The position numbers and the translations under genes are program-made. Positions 58,141 to 64,000 of a stretch of 64,000 bases of DNA are shown in pieces. The stretch comes from Candidatus Aenigmatarchaeota archaeon (lineage in GTDB: Archaea > Aenigmatarchaeota > Aenigmatarchaeia > QMZP01 > JAFGSV01): NCBI GenBank assembly GCA_016931255.1, contig JAFGFG010000005.1, positions 7,053-71,052 on the forward strand, given 5' to 3'. Below the pieces are notes generated by a model. It did not search any database. It was not told where the DNA came from and saw nothing but the letters and a program-made list of their open reading frames with translations. Position 1 is the first letter of the stretch. The number at the start of each line of letters is the position of its first letter.

Positions 58141-59079
58141 TCACTTCCTTAATTTCAGCATTACCGGAAGGTCAATGTCCACTTCCCCGCCTACGGCTTC
58201 ATTGACTTCCTTCTTGACATCATCCGGGACAATACGGCCAAGTGCTTCTGTCAGGTCAATGCTTAGCCATTCCCCGTCTTTCATGTTGTTGAATTCTTCC
58301 CTGTGCTTTTCAGCAGCTTCATTCATCTTCGCTATCAGGCTGTCGGCATCCGGCCTGCACTTGCCCTTTCCACGGCCACGGCACTTGCCTTCAGAAATGC
58401 AGTGCGGCCCGGCTCCGCTGAACAGCTTCGGCGCTGTCATCATTCCCATTGCGTAAAGCGCGTATGCGACTATCCTTATCTCCCACTGCGCGTCAAAGCA
58501 GCATCTCTGCGCCATAACGTGCATCAGCTCCTCAGCGTTCATGGCTGTTGTCAGGTGGGTCTTGACCCCTATGGGAAGCGCGAACCTTGCGTCTTCCGCG
58601 GGCACCCCCTTCTTAACGAGCGATTCGTATGTCTTTGCGGCGTTGAGCTGGCTCTTCACGTATTCGGTCACCGCTGGTGCGCCTTTTCCGGATATCTCCG
58701 GCGGAACCTGGAACCATGAATAGTTTTCCGTGGAAATCTTGGTGTATCTCAGGCTCTGCTGCATGTGCGCGGCTATCCTGTACCTGACCCACTGGTGGGT
58801 GAATGCGCGTGACACATCCTTCACTGAGAACACGAAGAACGGTATGTCAAGCACGGAGCTGAGCCTCATGTCCTTCGCGTACTTGAGCATGGCGTCGACC
58901 TGCCCGTCCGTGACATCATATTCTGCGCCTGCCTGCTCGGTGGTGGTAGCCCATGCAGCGCCTCCGAGCGTCTTCTCAGGGTTCCTGAGATAGTTCATCA
59001 GAAGGATTTCCATACAACAATACTGCCATCGTGATATAAAAAATTTCCAGCTTCCCCGATGCTTTTTTAAGTGCATCAA
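58141..59079 (-). CDS. thyX: FAD-dependent thymidylate synthase ThyX
   Basis: ThyX signature region VRYRIAAHMQQSLRY (an RYR variant of RHRx7S) and ARFALP. Likely start at the internal MEILL (~59013). Confidence 0.75.
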   Translation of the reverse strand: MMHLKKHRGSWKFFISRWQYCCMEILLMNYLRNPEKTLGGAAWATTTEQAGAEYDVTDGQVDAMLKYAKDMRLSSVLDIPFFVFSVKDVSRAFTHQWVRYRIAAHMQQSLRYTKISTENYSWFQVPPEISGKGAPAVTEYVKSQLNAAKTYESLVKKGVPAEDARFALPIGVKTHLTTAMNAEELMHVMAQRCCFDAQWEIRIVAYALYAMGMMTAPKLFSGAGPHCISEGKCRGRGKGKCRPDADSLIAKMNEAAEKHREEFNNMKDGEWLSIDLTEALGRIVPDDVKKEVNEAVGGEVDIDLPVMLKLRK

Positions 59080-59109
59080 TCTTATACATAACCAGATAAG
59101 GAGTTTAGT

Positions 59110-59268
59110 ATGTCATTCGAAGGAAGGGATAACTTCAAGAGAGAGTTCCACAAAGCAACATGTTCAGACTGTGGTAACGAATGTGAAGTGCCATTCAAGC
59201 CAAGTGAAGACAGGCCTGTTTACTGCAGAGACTGCTTCCAGAAGCACAAGAAGCCCAGGAAGTTCTAA
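59110..59268 (+). CDS. small zinc-ribbon protein (52 aa), not in ORF track
   Basis: Hand translation gives MSFEGRDNFKREFHKATCSDCGNECEVPFKPSEDRPVYCRDCFQKHKKPRKF, with Cx2Cx...Cx2C spacing. Confidence 0.35.
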   Translation: MSFEGRDNFKREFHKATCSDCGNECEVPFKPSEDRPVYCRDCFQKHKKPRKF

Positions 59269-59397
59269 GTTATTCCTAGTTTAGTGCACTTAATATTTTT
59301 CATATTCTATTTAATTTCAACACCGGGACACGTCTATAAATCCGGACTTTACAATAATTAATTAAATAAAAACAGGCTGGGACATATAATTCCAATA

Positions 59398-61443
59398 GTG
59401 GTTAAGATGATGCTTGGAAAGATACACGGAAGGGTAACGACAACTGAATTCAGCTTCGAGGCGGAAGCCCAGATAAAGAAACTGGACTTCGTGGTCGTGA
59501 AGACCCAGGAAGGCGAATGGGCTACTGCTTACATAGATAACATCACCCGTTATGGTGAGACGACCCTTGCCGAGTGCAGGGTCATAGGATACCGGAACAA
59601 CCGCGGATTCCTTGTCGTCCCCAATGTGCCGTTTGCTCCTGAAACGCCTGTTTTCTCCGCATCGGAAGACCAGATAAGGAATACGCTGGGGATACCGGAT
59701 TCCGGCCTCTACATAGGCATTCTGGACGGATACAACATCAAGGTGAACCTTCCCATAAAGCAACTTGTAACGAAGCACGTCTCGATTCTCGCCAAGACCG
59801 GCGCGGGCAAGAGCTACATGGCAGGCGTCCTGATGGAGGAATTCGCTGAGAACAGGACACCTGTTGTCATAATGGACCCCCATGGAGAATACGCCTCGCT
59901 CAGCGTCGCGAATGACGAGGAGAAGGAGCTGAAGTTCGCTGAGAAGTTCGGCGTGGAGCCCAAGTCATACCAGGACCAGATAAAGCGCTTTACCATTGAA
60001 GACGGCAGCCTGCGGCTGAATTCGAGGCTCACTGCTGACGAGCTCTTCCACTGCCTGCCTGTGAAGGTTTCCGGGACGCAGAAAGGCCTCATATATTCGG
60101 CGATGAGGAACCTCGGCGGGAAGGACTATTCACTCAACGACCTCATAAACGAGATAAGCACGCTTCCGTCCCAGTCCAAATGGAACCTCATTTCAGCGCT
60201 CGAGTTCCTTGACAAGACCAAGCTGTTTTCGCATGATTTCACTAAGCCTGAAGACCTGGTCAGGCCCGGGCAGATATCTATAATCGATGTAAAATTCGCA
60301 AGGCCTGAGATACAGCAGACGATAGTGTTCAAGCTTGCCAATGAGCTGTTCGCAGCAAGGAAGGCCAGCAAGGTTCCGGGATTCTTCCTCGTCCTTGAGG
60401 AGGCCCACAACTTCTGTCCCGAGAGGGGGTTCGGCGAGGTTGCGTCATCTTCCATAGTCAGGACAATAGCATCCGAGGGAAGGAAATTCGGGCTGAGCCT
60501 CTGCGTCATAACGCAGCGTCCAGCAAGGGTTGACAAGAATGTGCTGTCGCAATGCAACACCCAGATAATAATGAAGGTCACGAATCCCAATGACCTGAAG
60601 GCCATCACCGATTCAGCAGAAGGCATAACAGCCGGCATGAGGGATGAGATAAGGGACCTTCCTGTCGGCAGCGCCCTCGTTGTCGGCGTCACCGAGCATC
60701 CTATGCTCACTGAGATAAGGATACGGAGAAGCAAGCACGGGGGCGAGGCAGTTGCCATGCCAGTGAAGGGCGGGCCCATGAAGGTCAGGAACACCACGCT
60801 TCCGCCAAGGTTCAGCAAGCAGGACATAGAAGCCGAGCACAAGGAAGCCAATGTATACAGGGTGAACTATCCTGTGTGGGAACTGAAGGGAACAGTCAGC
60901 GGCCAGATAGGGAAGCTCTTCATAGACGGCCTCATAGGGGAAGTCATGTACGAGTCCCAGGGCGAGCTGAAGAGAACGAATGGACTCAAGAGCCTCGTGA
61001 CGCTTTCATCAGTCGAGAGGAAGATAATATCGAGCCTTCTTTCATTGAAGTACGGTAACCTTGACAAGGTCGCCACTTCGACAAGGCTCATGAACAACGA
61101 CTGCCACAGGCTGCTGAAGAACCTGATGTCCAAGGGGCTCGTGACAAGCGACGGCTACAACTTCCGTCCTGTGAGGGTCAAGATACCCGGGGACATAATG
61201 AGCCTCGGCTTCAGCGAGGACTCGAAGGAGATGGAAATCGACGGGAAGATAATGAACTTCTCCGTGCCGAGGGACACTGCCGAGAAGGTGGCAGGCTTGT
61301 TCGGCATGCAGGTGGAATCCTCAGACATGATTTACTACCCATACTGGCTTGTTGTCTACAGCAACAGGAAGGCCCTTGTGGACGGCCTGACGAAGAAAGT
61401 CGACATAGAAGCCACAAGGGAAGTCATGGGAATGATAAGGTAA
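59398..61443 (+). CDS. HerA-like (DUF87) ATPase with N-terminal HAS-barrel and C-terminal winged-helix domain
   Basis: Walker A ILAKTGAGKSY. Walker B FFLVLEEAHNF. Arginine-finger region VITQRPARVD. C-terminal ~200 aa contains a wHTH-like ISSLLSLKYGNLDKVATSTRLMNNDCHRLLKNLMSKGLV. 681 aa. Confidence 0.75.
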   Translation: MVKMMLGKIHGRVTTTEFSFEAEAQIKKLDFVVVKTQEGEWATAYIDNITRYGETTLAECRVIGYRNNRGFLVVPNVPFAPETPVFSASEDQIRNTLGIPDSGLYIGILDGYNIKVNLPIKQLVTKHVSILAKTGAGKSYMAGVLMEEFAENRTPVVIMDPHGEYASLSVANDEEKELKFAEKFGVEPKSYQDQIKRFTIEDGSLRLNSRLTADELFHCLPVKVSGTQKGLIYSAMRNLGGKDYSLNDLINEISTLPSQSKWNLISALEFLDKTKLFSHDFTKPEDLVRPGQISIIDVKFARPEIQQTIVFKLANELFAARKASKVPGFFLVLEEAHNFCPERGFGEVASSSIVRTIASEGRKFGLSLCVITQRPARVDKNVLSQCNTQIIMKVTNPNDLKAITDSAEGITAGMRDEIRDLPVGSALVVGVTEHPMLTEIRIRRSKHGGEAVAMPVKGGPMKVRNTTLPPRFSKQDIEAEHKEANVYRVNYPVWELKGTVSGQIGKLFIDGLIGEVMYESQGELKRTNGLKSLVTLSSVERKIISSLLSLKYGNLDKVATSTRLMNNDCHRLLKNLMSKGLVTSDGYNFRPVRVKIPGDIMSLGFSEDSKEMEIDGKIMNFSVPRDTAEKVAGLFGMQVESSDMIYYPYWLVVYSNRKALVDGLTKKVDIEATREVMGMIR

Positions 61444-61539
61444 ATCAGTTCACATCCCAAAACTTCCTTTCGTAAGCCATGGGAATGATACGCTGACCTC
61501 GAAAATTATTTAAAATTCCCCGTACATGTTCATACACAT

Positions 61540-61691
61540 GCCTCGGTGGCTCAGTGGTTAGAGCGCCGCACATCCCTAATAAGGATTGGGTGAAGCTCAT
61601 AAGCGTGTCTTATGAGCGATGAGAAAACGTTTGTTTTCAATGACATAGCTGAGATACGCGGAGGCCGTGGGTTCAAATCCCGCCCGAGGCA
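61540..61691 (+). tRNA. tRNA gene with ~79-nt insertion (intron candidate); anticodon unresolved
   Basis: 5' GCCTCGG-TG-GCTC-AGTGGTTA-GAGC-G-CCGCA. 3' CGCGG-AGGCC-GTGGG-TTCAAAT-CCCGC-CCGAGGC-A. Normal acceptor, D and T arms. Same acceptor stem as the tRNA-Thr at 44153. The insert contains a 9-bp hairpin GCTCATAAG/CTTATGAGC and box C/D-like GATGAG ... CTGA motifs. Confidence 0.55.
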
Positions 61692-61780
61692 TGAGCGCAA
61701 TAGGAATTAAGGTCTATGGAGTCAGATACGGGCTTTGTAGAAGATAAGAAGGCAGGAAGACGGGGAGTTACTAATGCTGC

Positions 61781-61921
61781 CTATTTTCCAAGGAAATTCC
61801 TGATTTGCTCCCTTAACCATTCAGCCTTTGAATTATAACCAGAAGCTTTGAGTTTTGCCTCGAAAGCTTCATGAATGTCCTTTTCAATTTGGGCTTTGAT
61901 TTCAAGTTCGATTTTAGGCAT
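61781..61921 (-). CDS. ribbon-helix-helix (CopG/antitoxin-like) small protein, 46 aa, not in ORF track
   Basis: Hand translation gives MPKIELEIKAQIEKDIHEAFEAKLKASGYNSKAEWLREQIRNFLGK. This is an RHH beta-strand plus two-helix pattern. Divergent from the downstream MNT. Confidence 0.4.
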   Translation of the reverse strand: MPKIELEIKAQIEKDIHEAFEAKLKASGYNSKAEWLREQIRNFLGK

Positions 61922-61974
61922 AATATCACCTCCTTAAACGATAGGTTTAAATAGTTGATTAATCAACTATATAG

Positions 61975-62589
61975 TTGAAGAAACAACAGTTGGTTAAAAT
62001 GCTTAATGAAACTGAATTAAAAATATTGTATGCCTTCTTTCCAGAGGGTACAGAAAGGACTACAAAAGAAATAGAAGACCGCTCAAGTTATTCCCATGAA
62101 CGTGCTTATTCCACACTCAAAATATTAGAAAAAAAAGGCATTTTGTTAAAAAAGAAGGTAGGAAAGGCACTTGTTTATTCAATTAAAAAATTTGATGACT
62201 CTGTTTATCTTGCGTTTACTTACTACTCATTAAATAAGAAAAATACTTTTGCAAAGAAATATTCCTCTGCTTGGAAAGCTATTGATGAATTTATCAACAA
62301 AACAAAACTGGAAATGGTTATATTGTTTGGCAGTTATTCAAAAGGAGAAGTAAAGGAAAGAAGCGATGTTGATGTTTTATGCATCAATGGAAACTCAGAA
62401 GCTGAAAAAATTGCTTTGTCTTTAAGACATAAATATAATTTGAAAATAGCTCCTGTTATTGTGGATAAAGAAGATTTCAGAAACATTAAGTCAGAGAATC
62501 CTGAACTGTGGGAAGAACTTATCAAATTCGGAATTATTCTTAAAGGGCAGGAATTATTTTATGATTTAGTTTATAGGTGGGATAAATGA
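61975..62589 (+). CDS. wHTH-nucleotidyltransferase (MNT) protein
   Basis: VILFGSYSKGEVKERSDVDVL motif. N-terminal wHTH. Overlaps the downstream HEPN gene by 4 nt. Confidence 0.75.
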   Translation: MKKQQLVKMLNETELKILYAFFPEGTERTTKEIEDRSSYSHERAYSTLKILEKKGILLKKKVGKALVYSIKKFDDSVYLAFTYYSLNKKNTFAKKYSSAWKAIDEFINKTKLEMVILFGSYSKGEVKERSDVDVLCINGNSEAEKIALSLRHKYNLKIAPVIVDKEDFRNIKSENPELWEELIKFGIILKGQELFYDLVYRWDK

Positions 62590-63122
62590 AGAAAGATTTT
62601 AATTGGTTCATTCAGGAAGGCTTGCTTTCAAAAACTCAATTCATACAGAGATTAGCACCAAGATTTATCGAAAAAGCAAAGAATAATCTCATAACACTGA
62701 GCATTCTGTTTGATCTTCACAATAACAAAGATGTAAGGGACTCTTTGAATGTCCCCGAGGATTATGATTCAAGCGAATGGGTTGTAGTTTGTGCATATTA
62801 TGCAATGTATATGGCAGCATCAGCAGCTCTTGCCAAAATTAGCTATAAGAGCAAAAATCATACTGCAACTGTTCTGGCTCTGGAAACATTCTTTGTGAAG
62901 AAACAGCTATTGGAAGAGAGTTATCTGAAGATGATTGAAAAAGCGCAACTGGAAAAACAATACATTGACAACCTGAATCTTGCAAGAGACAGAAGAGAAA
63001 TTGCTCAATACAGCGTCACAAAAGAAACGACGAGAAGGATTGCTGAGGAAATCAAGAAAGATGCTTACAAGTTTGTGGAAAGGATGGAGAAGTTAATTGA
63101 AAACTTAGACCCGAGGGATTGA
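62586..63122 (+). CDS. HEPN-like domain protein partnered with MNT
   Basis: 178 aa, all-helical, in the canonical MNT-HEPN operon position. The Rx4-6H motif is not obvious (RDRREIAQY). Confidence 0.55.
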   Translation: MKKDFNWFIQEGLLSKTQFIQRLAPRFIEKAKNNLITLSILFDLHNNKDVRDSLNVPEDYDSSEWVVVCAYYAMYMAASAALAKISYKSKNHTATVLALETFFVKKQLLEESYLKMIEKAQLEKQYIDNLNLARDRREIAQYSVTKETTRRIAEEIKKDAYKFVERMEKLIENLDPRD

Positions 63123-63124
63123 TT

Positions 63125-64000
63125 ATGGGTTTACCTAGTGCTCAAATGGTAGGAGGAAATCTTCAGGATGAAAAATTTACAAACATGTACAGCTTGTCAA
63201 AGACACTAAGATTTGAATTGAAGCCTATTGGGAAGACTCTCGAACATATCGAAAAAAAGAAATTGATACGCCAGGATGAAAAAAGAGCAGAAAGCTACAA
63301 GAAAATGAAGAGAACCATTGATGGCTTCCACAGGGATTTCATCGAACTTGCGATGTCACAGGTAAAATTAACAAAACTAAAAGCATTTGCCAAACTGTAC
63401 AATGAATCTTCAGAACGTAAAAAAGAAGATGACTTCAAGAAGAAATTCGAGAAAGTGCAGGCTGATCTGAGAAAAGAGATCGCCGAAGGGTTTAAGACTG
63501 GTAAAGCAAAGGAAACATTCTCAAAGATTGACAAAAAGGAATTGATAACTGAGCTCCTGCCAAATTGGATAAGAACACAGGAAGGACAAAATAAAAATAT
63601 TTACTTCGATGATAAGTTCAAAAGATTCACAACATACTTCGGAGGCTTCCATGAGAATCGGAAAAACATATACACTGACAAAGAACAATCCACAGCTATT
63701 GCCTATCGATTGATACATGAAAATTTACCAAGATTCCTGGATAACATCAAGACCTTTGAAAAGATTAGATTAATACCTGAATTATATAAGGAATGCGCCA
63801 TCCTGTACGAAGAAATAAAAGAATATCTTGAGATCACACGTATCAACGATGCTTTTAAGGTGGATTATTACAATAAAGTGCTCACTCAAAAACAGATGGA
63901 TGTTTACAATCTGATTATTGGTGGACGCACTCCTAAAGAAGGGCAAAAGAAGATTCAGGGACTGAATGAACAGATCAACCTGTACAACCAAAAACAGAAC
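63125..64000 (+). CDS. cas12a: Cas12a (Cpf1) type V-A CRISPR effector, N-terminal 291 aa only; gene continues beyond window
   Basis: Hand translation from 63125 is open to the window end: [74 protein letters not shown] ... [39 protein letters not shown] ... [29 protein letters not shown]. This is colinear with FnCas12a [22 protein letters not shown]...[24 protein letters not shown]...[16 protein letters not shown]...IYRIVDDNLPKFLEN...FNTIIGG...GINEYINLYSQ. Start is 2 nt after the HEPN stop. Confidence 0.9.
   Translation, partial: [292 protein letters not shown]

Noticed and set aside
60126-60851. 241-aa minus-strand ORF inside the HerA-like ATPase gene
   Set aside because: It is antisense to a gene with intact Walker A/B motifs and has Ser/Leu-rich shadow-ORF composition.
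61700-64000. Second set of tRNA-3'-end direct repeats downstream of the 61540 tRNA
   Set aside because: A manual scan found no copy of cccgcccgaggca or a 10-nt-or-longer sub-fragment between 61700 and 64000. The island boundary, if any, lies outside the window.

Overview
This is a gene-dense archaeal chromosomal window with mostly housekeeping genes, plus a defence/mobile hotspot in its 3' third. Archaeal hallmarks are Nop5/fibrillarin, RNase P proteins Pop5/Rpp30, ribosomal protein L40e, a UbiA-type DGGGP synthase, Cbf5/TruB, inositol-3-phosphate synthase and ThyX. The first ~44 kb encodes an acetate-handling set: AMP-forming acetyl-CoA synthetase, a SatP/YaaH acetate channel, and a Pat-like ADP-forming acyl-CoA synthetase-GNAT fusion. 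It also encodes compatible-solute synthesis genes (OtsA-OtsB fusion, TreT-like GT4, inositol-3-phosphate synthase), IleRS, LeuA/CimA, NadA and GlyA/ThyX. Three very large secreted cell-surface proteins are present, with LamG, NHL-propeller and FG-GAP repeats and C-terminal TM anchors. A GC-rich 260-nt intergenic stretch has terminal pairing and two GUAA tetraloop hairpins, which looks like an unannotated structured ncRNA (SRP RNA or RNase P RNA candidate). A tRNA-Thr(TGT) at 44.15 kb is followed by at least three decayed integrated cassettes. Each cassette ends in a direct copy of the tRNA 3' end (core cctcccgaggctt, four copies in 3.6 kb) and carries toxin-antitoxin or defence cargo (MNT/HepT, Fic, HEPN/MNT plus hemerythrin). 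No integrase survives. A second tRNA at 61.5 kb carries a ~79-nt insertion (intron candidate with box C/D-like motifs). It is followed by an RHH gene and an MNT-HEPN pair, and then, two nucleotides after the HEPN stop, by the unmistakable N-terminus of a Cas12a (Cpf1, type V-A) effector that runs off the window end. A HerA-like ATPase with a C-terminal wHTH sits just upstream of that tRNA. No CRISPR array lies inside the window. Other oddities are a 1-kb ORF-free AT-rich region with GAAATCCCGG motifs and a 10-bp palindrome, a duplicated acs fragment beside a frameshifted AP2-like gene, an adenylate-kinase/DUF359 fusion, an EF-Tu-like pseudo-GTPase, and an antisense zinc-ribbon gene splitting nop5 from fibrillarin.
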